From NCBI GenBank assembly GCA_945883545.1, contig CAMCXT010000001.1, forward strand, positions 78,864 through 142,863: 64,000 nucleotides of DNA, read 5' to 3'. Below the pieces are notes generated by a model, which saw only the letters and a program-made list of their open reading frames with translations, did no database searches and was not told the origin of the DNA. Position numbers and translations under genes: made by a program. The DNA is from Chitinophaga pinensis (GTDB taxonomy: Bacteria > Bacteroidota > Bacteroidia > M30B66). Position 1 is the first letter of the stretch, and the number at the start of each line of letters is the position of its first letter. Below, in pieces: positions 30,227-41,198 of the stretch.

Positions 30227-32014
30227 ATGAAAAACATCCGCAATTTCTGCATTATCGCACACATCGACCACGGGAAATCAACCCTTGCCGATCGATTGCT
30301 CGAATATACAAACACCATTACCAAACGCGAATCTCAGGCGCAAGTGCTTGATGATATGGATCTTGAGCGTGAGCGTGGGATTACGATTAAAAGTAAGGCC
30401 ATCAAAATGGAGTACGAACTCAATGGGGAAAAATATATCCTCAATTTGATCGATACGCCAGGTCACGTGGATTTTTCGTACGAAGTTTCGCGTTCAATTG
30501 CGGCTTGTGAAGGTGCTCTTTTGATTGTAGATGCGGCACAAGGCATTCAAGCACAAACGATTTCTAATCTTTATCTTGCTTTAGAGCACGATTTGGAAAT
30601 CATTCCGATCCTCAATAAAATGGACCTTCCGGGCGCAATGCCTGAAGAAGTGAAGGATCAAATTGTGGATATGATTGGCTGCAAACGCGAAGAAATTATC
30701 CCTGCTTCTGGAAAAACTGGAATGGGCGTTTATGAAATTCTTCAAGCCATTATCGATAGAATTCCAGCGCCAAAAGGTGATCCTGAAGCGCCACTTCAAG
30801 CACTGATTTTCGATTCTGTTTTTAACTCTTTCAGAGGGATTTATGCCTATTTCAGAGTATTAAATGGTTCGATTAAAAAAGGTGATAAGGTAAAATTCAT
30901 GGCAACGGGAAGCACCTATTTTGCTGATGAAATTGGCTTGTTGCGCTTAAAACCTGAAGCCAGAGATGAAGTTAAAACCGGCGATGTTGGTTATTTAATT
31001 TCTGGTATTAAAGAAGCACGCGAGGTAAAAGTAGGGGATACGATTACCCATGTTGACCGTCCGTGTACCGAGCAAATTAAAGGGTTCGAAGATGTGAAAC
31101 CAATGGTATTTGCTGGGATTTTTCCGGTTGATACGGAAGATTATGAAGAGCTTCGCTATTCGATGGAGAAGCTTCAATTGAATGATGCTTCATTGACTTT
31201 CGAACCTGAATCATCTGCCGCGCTGGGCTTCGGTTTCAGATGTGGATTCTTGGGGATGTTGCACATGGAAATCATCCAAGAGCGCCTCGAACGTGAGTTC
31301 AACATGACGGTGCTCACAACGGTTCCCAACGTGTCGTATCATGCTTATTTAACCAACGGGGAAGATTTGGTGGTGAACAATCCTACCGATTTGCCCGATC
31401 CAAGCAAATTAGACCGCATCGAAGAACCGTTCATTCGTGCACAAGTAATTACGAAGGCTGAATACACAGGTTCGATCATGACTTTGTGCATCCAAAAACG
31501 TGGAATGTTGGTGAATCAAAATTACCTCACCACCGACCGTGTTGAGTTGATTTTTGAAATGCCAATGGGTGAAATTGTATTCGATTTCTACGACAAATTG
31601 AAGTCGCTTTCGCGCGGATATGCATCATTCGATTATCATCCAATTGATTACCGCGAATCGAAATTGATCAAGCTCGATTTGATGCTCAATGGCGAACCAG
31701 TGGATGCACTTTCATCTTTGATTCACCGCGACAATGCTTACGATTTCGGTAAGAAGATCTGCGAAAAATTAAAAGAATTATTGCCTCGTCAACAGTTCGA
31801 AATCGCGATCCAAGCTTCAATCGGCGCCAAAGTAATTGCCCGTGAAACGGTGAAGGCAATGCGAAAAGATGTAACCGCCAAGTGTTACGGTGGAGATATT
31901 TCTCGTAAACGTAAGCTCCTCGAAAAGCAAAAAGAAGGTAAGAAGCGTATGCGCCAAGTTGGATCTGTAGAGATTCCACAATCGGCGTTTATGGCGGTGT
32001 TGAAGCTTGACTAG
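30227..32014 (+). CDS. lepA: Elongation factor 4 (LepA)
   Basis: 595 aa. '[23 protein letters not shown]' G1 motif, 'DTPGHVDF', 'NKMD' and the LepA-specific C-terminal domain. Confidence 0.95.
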   Translation: MKNIRNFCIIAHIDHGKSTLADRLLEYTNTITKRESQAQVLDDMDLERERGITIKSKAIKMEYELNGEKYILNLIDTPGHVDFSYEVSRSIAACEGALLIVDAAQGIQAQTISNLYLALEHDLEIIPILNKMDLPGAMPEEVKDQIVDMIGCKREEIIPASGKTGMGVYEILQAIIDRIPAPKGDPEAPLQALIFDSVFNSFRGIYAYFRVLNGSIKKGDKVKFMATGSTYFADEIGLLRLKPEARDEVKTGDVGYLISGIKEAREVKVGDTITHVDRPCTEQIKGFEDVKPMVFAGIFPVDTEDYEELRYSMEKLQLNDASLTFEPESSAALGFGFRCGFLGMLHMEIIQERLEREFNMTVLTTVPNVSYHAYLTNGEDLVVNNPTDLPDPSKLDRIEEPFIRAQVITKAEYTGSIMTLCIQKRGMLVNQNYLTTDRVELIFEMPMGEIVFDFYDKLKSLSRGYASFDYHPIDYRESKLIKLDLMLNGEPVDALSSLIHRDNAYDFGKKICEKLKELLPRQQFEIAIQASIGAKVIARETVKAMRKDVTAKCYGGDISRKRKLLEKQKEGKKRMRQVGSVEIPQSAFMAVLKLD

Positions 32015-32296
32015 TCTTGAGTACTAAGTACTGAGTCTAAAGTCTTGAGTTCGCTTTTCGGAAAACTATAAAGTTTATTCATACTACCAGCATCCTCGGA
32101 CTTTAGTCCGGGGTTTTAGAGCCCTAAGATGCTGCATCAGATTACTTGTGTACCCACGGACTGAAGTCCGTGGGTGCGAGGTGCACCTTAGTCTTCAGTA
32201 CTTAGTCTTGAGTTCGTTTTTCGGAACACTATAAAGGTTGTTGAAGCTATCAGCATCCTCGGACTTAAGTCCGGGGTTAAATTCTCAAAGCGCTCT
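32015..32296. repeat. Intergenic direct repeats (~90 bp, two copies) flanking palindromic hairpins between convergent lepA and sucA
   Basis: Copy 1 at ~32026-32120 and copy 2 at ~32185-32280 are about 85% identical. Perfect palindromes 'ccggactttagtccgg' and 'cccacggactgaagtccgtggg' are present. Confidence 0.6.
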
Positions 32297-35029
32297 TTAC
32301 ATTCCCAAAGCTCTCGCCACCAAAGCTTTCTGCTCCACAGCATGACGCTTAGAACTTCCAGTTGCTGGTGAACCACTTTCAGCGCGAGCAACAACTTCAA
32401 GATTGGTTAAATGACGAAGCTTGCGCAACAAGTACATCCAAGCGCCCATGTTTTCTGGTTCTTCTTGTGCCCAAACAAACTGCTTTGCTTTGTTGTATTT
32501 CTTCAATACAGCTTCAAACTGCTGTATCGGGAATGGATACAATTGTTCGATTCTCACCAAGGCAACATGTTTTAAATTGCCAGCATCGCGTTGTTCCAAC
32601 AATTCATAATAGAGCTTTCCAGTGCAGAATACAACGCGTTTTACATCGGCTGCTTTTACGGTTGTATCGTCGATTAATTCCTCGAAAGTTCCACTTGTAA
32701 ATGCCTTTAATTCGCTCACACATTTCGGATGACGAAGTAGGCTTTTTGGCGACATCACTACCAATGGCTTCCTAAATGGAAGTGCCAATTGACGGCGAAT
32801 CAAATGGAAATAATTGGCAGGAGTCGTAACATTTACAACAAACATATTCAATTCAGCACAGAGGGTTAAGAAGCGCTCCAAGCGTGCCGAAGAGTGTTCT
32901 GCACCTTGTCCTTCGTAACCGTGAGGCAACAACATCACCAATCCACTTTGGCTTCTCCATTTGTCTTCGGCCGAAGAGATAAATTGGTCGATCATGATTT
33001 GCGCCCCATTGTTGAAGTCGCCAAATTGTGCTTCCCAAATAGTTAATGCTTCTGGCGTTGCAAGTGAATAACCGTAATCGAAGCCCAATACGGCATATTC
33101 ACTCAGAAGCGAATTGTAAATATTGAAACGAGCTTGGTTTTTACTGAGGTTGCTCAATGGAACGTATTCTTCCTCCGAATCTTCAATTTTCAAAACTGCA
33201 TGACGGTGCGAAAAAGTTCCACGTTCCACATCCTGCCCTGAAAATCTCACTGGATGCCCTTCTTGAAGCAATGAACCATAAGCAAGCATTTCGCCCATTC
33301 CCCAGTCGAGTAGGCCGGTTTTCTCGACCATGTCTTTTCTGTCTTGAAGCACTTTCTCCATTTTTTTGAAGAATTTCATGCCCTCTGGAACGGTGTAAAT
33401 CACTTTTGCAATTTCCTTTAATTGCTTTTCCGATACCCCAGTTTTAGGCGATTTAAGAAAATCTTCCTCGGTTGAAGGACGGTATTTTTTCCAAATAGCT
33501 TCTAGGAAATTGCTAATTACATTTTTCTCGGTTTTACGAGCCAATTCTAAAGCCAAATCAAGCTTTGCGCGTAATTCTGAATCAAATTGATTTGCTTCTT
33601 CTTGGGTGAGATTTCCTTCAGCAAGCAATCTTTCCAAATAAATCTGACGAGGATTCTGATGCTTTGCAATTGCCTTGTAAAGAATTGGTTGCGTGAAGCG
33701 TGGTTCATCGCCTTCGTTGTGACCATATTTGCGGTAACCGAGCAAGTCGATAAACACATCTCCGTGAAATTTCTGACGGAATTCCATCGCCATATCCACT
33801 GCGAAAACAACTGCTTCAACATCATCTGCATTTACGTGAAATACCGGACTTAAGGTAACTTTCGCTACATCGGTGCAATAAATGGATGAACGTGCATCGG
33901 TGTAATTCGTGGTGAATCCAACTTGGTTGTTTACGGCAATATGGATGCTTCCACCTGTTTTATACCCATCAAGCTTCGCCATCTGGACTGTCTCATAAAC
34001 AACACCTTGACCTGCAATTGCTGCATCACCATGGATAATGATCGGAGCAATCTTATCCAGGTTGTTGTCGTGTTCTTCCTCCGCGAAAGCGCGAGCAATC
34101 CCTTCCACAACAGGCCCAACAGCTTCAAGATGCGATGGGTTTGGAGCCAATGTCATGCGCACATCAGCACCTCCGCGGGTTTTAACATTGGTAGAATATC
34201 CAAGATGGTATTTTACATCACCAGAAAACTCCTCATCATCATAGTCTTTCCCTTCAAATTCGGTGAAAATGCTTTTGCAATCTTTTTTGAAGATGTTTGC
34301 CAAAACAGATAGGCGGCCTCTATGTGCCATTCCCATTACGAATTCACGGATACCTAAGTCGGCACCACGTTCGATTACATGGTCAAGAGCAGCAATTAAA
34401 GCCTCGCAACCTTCGAGTGAGAAACGTTTTTGACCAACGAACTTTTTGTCTAAGAAACTCTCAAACCCTACAGCATCGTTCAGTCTTTGGAAGATGGCCT
34501 TTTTTTCTTCTTTCGAATATTCGGTTCTTCCGCGGCTGCCTTCCATCTTCTTCTGCATCCATTCTACCACTTCGGTGTTACGGATGTACATGTATTCGAC
34601 ACCAATGCTCTGGCAATAAGTGTCTTCGAGATGTTTGATTATGGCACTCAGCTTGGCTGGACCAATGCCGATCAATGCGCCAGCTTGATACACTGTTTCA
34701 AGGTCGGCAGAAGCAAGACCGAAATTTTGAATTTCAAGCGTTGGCGTATATTTCCTTCTTTCGCGAACTGGATTTGTTCTTGTAAACAAGTGTCCACGTG
34801 AACGATAACCGTTGATCAAGTTAATGACCTTGAATTCGCGTGATACATTTTCAGGAATCTCACCATTCCCCGACAGAGGCTTTTGCGGATAGTTTTTGGT
34901 GGCGAAATCTACACCTTCGAAAAACGAGGCCCAGCTGCTGTCTACAGAGGCTGGATTTTCCTGAAATTGTTGGTATAGATTGTCTAAAGTGGCAGGGTCG
35001 GAGGCGGCGAGGTAGCTGAATGTGTCCAT
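32297..35029 (-). CDS. sucA: 2-oxoglutarate dehydrogenase E1 component
   Basis: 910 aa, with the N-terminal 'MDTFSYLAASDPATLDNLYQQF' and the ThDP-binding transketolase-like fold typical of SucA. Confidence 0.9.
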   Translation of the reverse strand: MDTFSYLAASDPATLDNLYQQFQENPASVDSSWASFFEGVDFATKNYPQKPLSGNGEIPENVSREFKVINLINGYRSRGHLFTRTNPVRERRKYTPTLEIQNFGLASADLETVYQAGALIGIGPAKLSAIIKHLEDTYCQSIGVEYMYIRNTEVVEWMQKKMEGSRGRTEYSKEEKKAIFQRLNDAVGFESFLDKKFVGQKRFSLEGCEALIAALDHVIERGADLGIREFVMGMAHRGRLSVLANIFKKDCKSIFTEFEGKDYDDEEFSGDVKYHLGYSTNVKTRGGADVRMTLAPNPSHLEAVGPVVEGIARAFAEEEHDNNLDKIAPIIIHGDAAIAGQGVVYETVQMAKLDGYKTGGSIHIAVNNQVGFTTNYTDARSSIYCTDVAKVTLSPVFHVNADDVEAVVFAVDMAMEFRQKFHGDVFIDLLGYRKYGHNEGDEPRFTQPILYKAIAKHQNPRQIYLERLLAEGNLTQEEANQFDSELRAKLDLALELARKTEKNVISNFLEAIWKKYRPSTEEDFLKSPKTGVSEKQLKEIAKVIYTVPEGMKFFKKMEKVLQDRKDMVEKTGLLDWGMGEMLAYGSLLQEGHPVRFSGQDVERGTFSHRHAVLKIEDSEEEYVPLSNLSKNQARFNIYNSLLSEYAVLGFDYGYSLATPEALTIWEAQFGDFNNGAQIMIDQFISSAEDKWRSQSGLVMLLPHGYEGQGAEHSSARLERFLTLCAELNMFVVNVTTPANYFHLIRRQLALPFRKPLVVMSPKSLLRHPKCVSELKAFTSGTFEELIDDTTVKAADVKRVVFCTGKLYYELLEQRDAGNLKHVALVRIEQLYPFPIQQFEAVLKKYNKAKQFVWAQEEPENMGAWMYLLRKLRHLTNLEVVARAESGSPATGSSKRHAVEQKALVARALGM

Positions 35030-35128
35030 TCTAAGATTAAAAATGAAGGCAAAAGTAAGGTAAAACAGATTGCTGTCAGTGCCGAATCTGCTGATTTGCG
35101 ACAGTTAATTGTGAATTATTTTATCTGC

Positions 35129-35512
35129 TCAACCTTGAGCAAATTGTTTCCTAAGAACAACCTTTTGTAGTTCTCTTTTGATCACGAGTTCAGCAACTAA
35201 AATAGGGTCAATTCCAGGAGTCGGCATTCCATCCTTTAGCTGTTTTTCTGAAACATCTACACGGTAAAGTAGATTAAACATGGCTGTTGCACCGGCTCGC
35301 ATGAATGCGTCGGAGATGATTTGAGCCAATTCAGCAAACAAATAACGCTTATTAAGTAAGAGTTTTATTGGAATGCCAGCAGATTCGAAGTCTTTTCTGA
35401 TTTGCAGAATCAGATTTCGAAGTAAATCTTTTTGACTAAGAAATTCGGTATCTACCAGATTGATTGGTTCATTCAAGGCTGGAAGCCTCAACGGAGAATC
35501 CGAATCATGCAT
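35129..35512 (-). CDS. Hypothetical protein
   Basis: 127-aa ORF immediately downstream of the coiled-coil gene on the same strand. No motif recognised. Confidence 0.4.
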   Translation of the reverse strand: MHDSDSPLRLPALNEPINLVDTEFLSQKDLLRNLILQIRKDFESAGIPIKLLLNKRYLFAELAQIISDAFMRAGATAMFNLLYRVDVSEKQLKDGMPTPGIDPILVAELVIKRELQKVVLRKQFAQG

Positions 35513-35520
35513 AAAATGAC

Positions 35521-36450
35521 TTACTTCAGATTGAATTTGTAGGTTCCCATGATTTTACCGTCAAGGTAAACCTCAGAAATGTAAAGACCTGCTTTCAGTT
35601 CATCCGTTTGGTCCCAATCGAAAACGATTTCAGCACGATCGTTAGTGTATTCTAAAGTTTTGCGTGCAGTAAATTCGGTGTTTCTACCGTCTTCTTTGGT
35701 AAAGTTTCCAGAACCATTATTTGCATCGGTAAGCACGTAACCATCTGGTTTGATGATGCGCATCACAACATCTCTGTTGCCTGGTTTTGCCACTTTGTTT
35801 TCTGCAACAACGAATACAGTGCTGATTCTACTTACCCTTTTCGCTTTTTCGGTCTCCTCCATTTTCCCTTTTCCTTTTTCGCGGAGGGTTTTCACCGTTA
35901 AATTCTCTGCTTTTAAAACAGATGCCAATTCAACCTTTTCGCTCAATTGTTTGGTGGTTTGATTGAGTTCTGAAACGGTTTGGGTTAGATTAACATTTTC
36001 GAATCTTAGTTCCTTATTTTCTTTAATGAGTTGCTCAATTTGAACGCGGTATTGATCACGAATGGCTTTTAACTCTTCCATTTGACGGCGAATCAAAGGA
36101 ATGTCTTTGTTCTCCTTAATAAGCTGATCAATTTTGCGTTTTTGCTTTTCGATATCTGTGTTTGCCTTCTCTAGAAGACTATCGAGTTGAATATTTTTTC
36201 CTTTGAACTGATCCAATTCGAAGGTCATGGCTTGGTAATCGTCTTCAATGCTCTTTTTTACATCCGACAAAGAATCTACTTCTGCATCTCGTTGAGCTAC
36301 AGTTCCTTCAGCGTCGGTTGTACGGGTAAAAAGGTAAATATTTGTGGCTACAGATAAAAACAAAAGCAGACCAAGTAAATAAATGATCTTCTTGTTATTC
36401 CCTGATTGTTGGTTGTTGGTTTCCATAGAATAGGGTAGATTTTCTAACAT
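35521..36450 (-). CDS. Membrane-anchored coiled-coil protein
   Basis: N-terminal TM 'IIYLLGLLLFLSVATNIYLF' is followed by a ~150-aa heptad-rich coiled-coil and a C-terminal beta-rich domain. The start may be the internal Met at 36426. Confidence 0.45.
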   Translation of the reverse strand: MLENLPYSMETNNQQSGNNKKIIYLLGLLLFLSVATNIYLFTRTTDAEGTVAQRDAEVDSLSDVKKSIEDDYQAMTFELDQFKGKNIQLDSLLEKANTDIEKQKRKIDQLIKENKDIPLIRRQMEELKAIRDQYRVQIEQLIKENKELRFENVNLTQTVSELNQTTKQLSEKVELASVLKAENLTVKTLREKGKGKMEETEKAKRVSRISTVFVVAENKVAKPGNRDVVMRIIKPDGYVLTDANNGSGNFTKEDGRNTEFTARKTLEYTNDRAEIVFDWDQTDELKAGLYISEVYLDGKIMGTYKFNLK

Positions 36451-36667
36451 TGCGAAATTAGAAAAATTTGCAAGTAGTTAATCCCCTTAATTTTCAAATT
36501 TACAAAACAATAATTTCCGAATCATTACATCATTCCGAACAAATAATACAACATTGATAGGGAGTGAATTTCAATCGAGAATGAAAGGGAATCGATCAAT
36601 TGTATTCAAAACCAACTTTTTATACCAATAAATACAATAGGGCCAAAAGCAATAATTTATGGAAGCC

Positions 36668-37936
36668 TTATTTTAAATTGTATTTATTTTGATATTTATT
36701 GTATAGTTGTTTCTGATGGTTATCTAGGTCCAGTTTAACACCTCCGATGTATGCTGATGTAACAGCTGCTGTGCGCATATCAAGTGCATCTCCACGGGAA
36801 ACGAAAAAATCGGCAGATTTCGAAAGTTCAAGACTCCCTGTTGATTGATCGATGCCGAGAGCCTGAGCCGGATTTAAAGTGATCATTTTAAGTGCATCTT
36901 CCTTTTGAACCCCATATGCAGCAGCTGTTCCTGCAACAAATCCTAGATTTCGGGTTCCCATCGCTTCCATATCGCCATCGTAGCTTAAAATTACTTTGAT
37001 GCCTGAATCTGCGAGCACTGCTGGAAGTCGAAATGGCCAGTCGGTTGCCTGATCTTGGTAATCTGGAAGGCGATGAATTCTCGGAAGAACTACTGGAATG
37101 TTCGATTTTCTTAGCAACCCAGCTACTTTATAACTTTCGATTCCTCCAATCAGCACTCTTTTTTGAACGCCTGTTTTTTCTGTCATTTGAACGGCATCAA
37201 CGATGTCTTTCGTTTGATTGCAATGCAAATACAACACCTTGCCACCATTGAAAAGGCCGCGCATAGCTTCGAACCGAAGATTTTTTTCTGTAGGATTGGG
37301 ATTGTTGTTGTAGGCTTTGGCTTCCTCAAAAAACGCAATAATTTCTTGCTGTTTTTGAATTGTTTTCGTCGATTTTACTGTGTCAGCATCTGGTCTTTTC
37401 TGAGGATATTCTGGCCAATGGAGATGAATTCCATCATCCACCTTTACAATTGCATCTTCCCAATTCCAGCCATCGAGATGAAATACTGATGAAGCACCAG
37501 AAATGGTTCCTTTTTGTGGTGTGGCTTGCACAGTAAGAACTCCATTCGATCGAACAGTAGGAATGATTTTCGAGTCGGTATTAAAGGCTGGCATTGCTCG
37601 AACATGAGGATTTAAATCGCCTGTTTCTGCATAATCTAAAGTTGCTCGAACGGCATCAATTTCCCTTAATCCAATAGATGAATTCATGGCAATAAATCCC
37701 GGATAAACATGCTGATTTTGCAAATCAATGATTTCAGCGTATGCCGATTTATCAATTTTAATCAAACTTCCATCGGCAACTAAATCAATCTTACCAGATC
37801 GAATGCCTAAAACACCATTTTGATAAACCTTACCATTTCCACAATGAATGATTGCATTTGTAAACAATGTGCTTGTTGACTGAGCATTGCCAAGCAATTG
37901 AATGCAAAAAACAATGATAAAGGAAAGTAATTTCAT
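36668..37936 (-). CDS. Amidohydrolase family protein (secreted)
   Basis: The signal peptide 'MKLLSFIIVFCIQLLGNAQ' is followed by a metal-dependent hydrolase fold. Start trimmed from 37999 to leave a 4-nt gap to the upstream gene. Confidence 0.6.
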   Translation of the reverse strand: MKLLSFIIVFCIQLLGNAQSTSTLFTNAIIHCGNGKVYQNGVLGIRSGKIDLVADGSLIKIDKSAYAEIIDLQNQHVYPGFIAMNSSIGLREIDAVRATLDYAETGDLNPHVRAMPAFNTDSKIIPTVRSNGVLTVQATPQKGTISGASSVFHLDGWNWEDAIVKVDDGIHLHWPEYPQKRPDADTVKSTKTIQKQQEIIAFFEEAKAYNNNPNPTEKNLRFEAMRGLFNGGKVLYLHCNQTKDIVDAVQMTEKTGVQKRVLIGGIESYKVAGLLRKSNIPVVLPRIHRLPDYQDQATDWPFRLPAVLADSGIKVILSYDGDMEAMGTRNLGFVAGTAAAYGVQKEDALKMITLNPAQALGIDQSTGSLELSKSADFFVSRGDALDMRTAAVTSAYIGGVKLDLDNHQKQLYNKYQNKYNLK

Positions 37937-37940
37937 CAGA

Positions 37941-40900
37941 TTATTCTGTTTCAAATTCATGGTAAAGATCGTCGCAGGTGTAATAATGTTTATTGCCAAT
38001 TTTAGGCTTTCTCAGCGGTTTTCCACTAAGTTTTTCTTTCTGCATTTTTTGAATAATTCGAAGTCTATCGGTTCGATTTAATTCTTGCAATTTTTTATCT
38101 TCTTCTATGTCAAAGTAGCGTTTGCCCTCAACAAATGTTTGTTCCACTTTGGCATAAACCGACAATGGATTGTCGCTCCAAATAACCACATCGGCATCTT
38201 TACCCGGCTTCAAACTTCCTGTTCTATGGTCTATCTTCAGCATTTTAGCAGGATTTAAAGTCACAAACTTCAGCGCCTCCTCTTCTGTAACACCTCCATA
38301 TAATATTGCTTTTGCGGCTTCTTGATTTAATCTTCGACCCATTTCTGCATCATCCGAATTGAAACCTGTAACAACTCCTATTTTATTTAAAAGTGCACCG
38401 TTGTATGGAATGGCATCATTTACCTCCCATTTGTAAGCCCACCAATCGGAGAATGTAGAAGCATTTGCTCCGTGCGCCTTCAGTTTATCAGCAACTTTAT
38501 ATCCCTCCAAAATATGTGTAAATGTATTAACCTTGAAATTCATACTATCTGCAACATGCATCAACATATTTATTTCCGATTGAACATAGCTATGGCAGGT
38601 GATATTTCTTTGTCCATCAAGAATTTCAGAAATAGCTTCAAGTTCTAAATCGCGGACTGGTTCGGCTTTATTTTTCTTTTCTTTTTCACTATAACTCTTC
38701 CACAATTCTCTTGCTGTTTTATATTCTTTAGCACGCTGAAATGCATCATAAAATACCTGCTCTACACCCATTCTGGTTTGCGGAAATCGAACGGTTTTCT
38801 GACTTCCCCAATTGCTTTGTTTAACATTTTCCCCCAAAGCAAATTTGATATGTTTCGGAGCATTAGAAATCAATAAATTATTTCCAAACTCACCCCACTT
38901 GAATTTAATTATAGCCGATTGTCCACCTATTGGATTCGATGATCCGTGCAATAATTGGGCTGTGGTAACGCCGCCTGAAAGCTGTCGATACATATCAACG
39001 TCTGTTGCGTCTAAAGCATCTCCCATGCGCACTTCAGCAGTATTGTTTTGTGTACCTTCATTTACACCTCTGCTTAAAGCAATGTGAGAATGTTCGTCTA
39101 TAATACCTGGTGTAACATGTTTTCCAGTCCCATCAATAATTTTCAGCTTATTAGGATCGGCAATTCTTGTTCTTAACTCACTTTCATTTCCCAACGCAAC
39201 AATTTTCCCGTTCTCAATCAGTAAGGATCCAGAACGAATTCCATCGGTTTCATTGGTCCAGATTGTAGCATTGGAGATGATTAATGTTTCTTCTTTTGGT
39301 TTTTGGTTATAACCGAAGCCGGTAAATGGGTAGCGTAAATTAAGTGAATCGGCATGCAAAACGAGCAATTGTTCATCTTTGATTGTGTCTATTGGAAGGT
39401 CACCGATGCGCTTAATTTCCCAATTTATGATATTTCCATTTTCTCTGACTCCTGACCCGCTCATTGATTTATCTCTATTCAATATTCCTCGCAATTGCAT
39501 GGTTTCAGGCTCACTTTTGTTTACCTTGATTTGAACATTAAATCCTGAAATTGAAACTTTCCCTTTAAATTTAATATCCCCCATTTTTCCTTCCAATTCG
39601 GGTGCTGAAGATTTTCCTTTGATGGTTATTTTCAAACTATCTTGCGCAATTATCCCCTCATAAACTCCAGATATATCTTGGTTTAAAGCAGCATCAAATT
39701 GAAGTCTTTGCCCATTCGCCCAATTTTCAAGTATGCGATTTTGTGGATGCAACAAAGTGTCGGAACAAACAATAAATGAGGCATCATAATTAACATTGAT
39801 GGTTCCAGTGCGGTTTGAAACGCCGAGTATTTCAGCAGGAACCGATGTTAGAGCTTTTAAAATTTCAGATGATGGCAAGCCTGCCGCATGGGCCTTCCTT
39901 AATTGCGTAAACAGATTTTCTTCATCTGTAATACCAGATGCCGAAATAGCAAATGGAATTCCTTTTTTGAATAAATAGGCCGGATTAGCTGGGGCCGCCT
40001 CCCAATGCAACAAGGTGGAAAGTGAAACCTTTTCTTCTACTTCTGCATCACTTAAATCTAATGCATTAGGGAAATTAATTGGAATACAGAGTTTTGCTCC
40101 AGATTTTTTAATTTCATCGGCAATTAAATATTCATCACCATTTCCTTCTATGAGTAAATTCAATTTAAACTCATCAGCGATCTCTATAGATTTTAAGACA
40201 TCTTGCCAGTGTTGTGTTTCGAACAATGCTGGCAGATCTCTGCTTTTATTCCACGATTCATAAGATTCATTATAATAATTTTCGCTTTTATTTTTTTTGT
40301 ACCAATCTGCATCAATAATTGATTGCCGTAAAAGTGCAACACCGCCCGCAAAAGAATTTGGATATTCTTGCGATGAATTTCCCTTTTGAAAAGACAGTCC
40401 AGTGATTCCATCATTTTTAAGAATTAGCTCAGCTTCAGGTTTATCAGCCAAGCTTACAACGCAGCCACTTCCACGTATAATGCCATCCTTGTTAATGCTG
40501 CATACAGTCGAAAACCCCATTTTTCGAAATGCCAATGCATCTGAAGCTTTGTGCCTAAATTGATCAATTGCACGATACTCAGGGTGGATAGCCATATTCC
40601 AAGAAATTGCTCCCGGATCAGGCCTTTCCATCAATTGTAAACCGCGGTTGCTCTCTTTGCTTGATGAAAGTCCATAATTAGTAGAAACATCAATAAAGGC
40701 TGGATAAATATGTTTTGATGGATAATGAACAACAACGGCATCTTTTGGGATTTTGAGGTCCTTGCCAACACCGATGACTTTCCCATTTTTAACCAATAAA
40801 ATGGCATCGGAGATAACTTCTGTTGCACTTTTGTGCACTGTGGTTCCGGTAATGGCATAGATTGTTTGCCGATTATCGGGAACCCCGTTTACAGGAGATT

Positions 40901-40961
40901 TAATTTGTGAGTAAGCCGAAAGATTCGAAAGAATAATGAAACAAAGTGCGATGTACTTCAT
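37941..40961 (-). CDS. Large amidohydrolase family protein (secreted, ~1000 aa, duplicated amidohydrolase-like regions)
   Basis: Signal peptide 'MKYIALCFIILSNLSAYSQ'. His-rich metal-ligand motifs such as 'GIIDEHSHIA' appear in the C-terminal half. Paired with the downstream amidohydrolase. Confidence 0.6.
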   Translation of the reverse strand: MKYIALCFIILSNLSAYSQIKSPVNGVPDNRQTIYAITGTTVHKSATEVISDAILLVKNGKVIGVGKDLKIPKDAVVVHYPSKHIYPAFIDVSTNYGLSSSKESNRGLQLMERPDPGAISWNMAIHPEYRAIDQFRHKASDALAFRKMGFSTVCSINKDGIIRGSGCVVSLADKPEAELILKNDGITGLSFQKGNSSQEYPNSFAGGVALLRQSIIDADWYKKNKSENYYNESYESWNKSRDLPALFETQHWQDVLKSIEIADEFKLNLLIEGNGDEYLIADEIKKSGAKLCIPINFPNALDLSDAEVEEKVSLSTLLHWEAAPANPAYLFKKGIPFAISASGITDEENLFTQLRKAHAAGLPSSEILKALTSVPAEILGVSNRTGTINVNYDASFIVCSDTLLHPQNRILENWANGQRLQFDAALNQDISGVYEGIIAQDSLKITIKGKSSAPELEGKMGDIKFKGKVSISGFNVQIKVNKSEPETMQLRGILNRDKSMSGSGVRENGNIINWEIKRIGDLPIDTIKDEQLLVLHADSLNLRYPFTGFGYNQKPKEETLIISNATIWTNETDGIRSGSLLIENGKIVALGNESELRTRIADPNKLKIIDGTGKHVTPGIIDEHSHIALSRGVNEGTQNNTAEVRMGDALDATDVDMYRQLSGGVTTAQLLHGSSNPIGGQSAIIKFKWGEFGNNLLISNAPKHIKFALGENVKQSNWGSQKTVRFPQTRMGVEQVFYDAFQRAKEYKTARELWKSYSEKEKKNKAEPVRDLELEAISEILDGQRNITCHSYVQSEINMLMHVADSMNFKVNTFTHILEGYKVADKLKAHGANASTFSDWWAYKWEVNDAIPYNGALLNKIGVVTGFNSDDAEMGRRLNQEAAKAILYGGVTEEEALKFVTLNPAKMLKIDHRTGSLKPGKDADVVIWSDNPLSVYAKVEQTFVEGKRYFDIEEDKKLQELNRTDRLRIIQKMQKEKLSGKPLRKPKIGNKHYYTCDDLYHEFETE

Positions 40962-41198
40962 GCGCTAAAAATAGACATTCGCAAGTATTGAACAACTCGT
41001 TATCGCTTGAATTTTCAACTTCGCTTTAGTAACAAAAAACTTAGTGTTGTTTGAAAATCGTTAGAGAATTGATTGAATCATTAATCGTTCGGTTTGCCAA
41101 TTTAAACTATCAGGTTATTATTCATAATGTATACTTTAGAATATTGATTCGATTGCTTGCTTTGGTGAAATAAGGTTCTATTTTTACGCCTTCTTATT

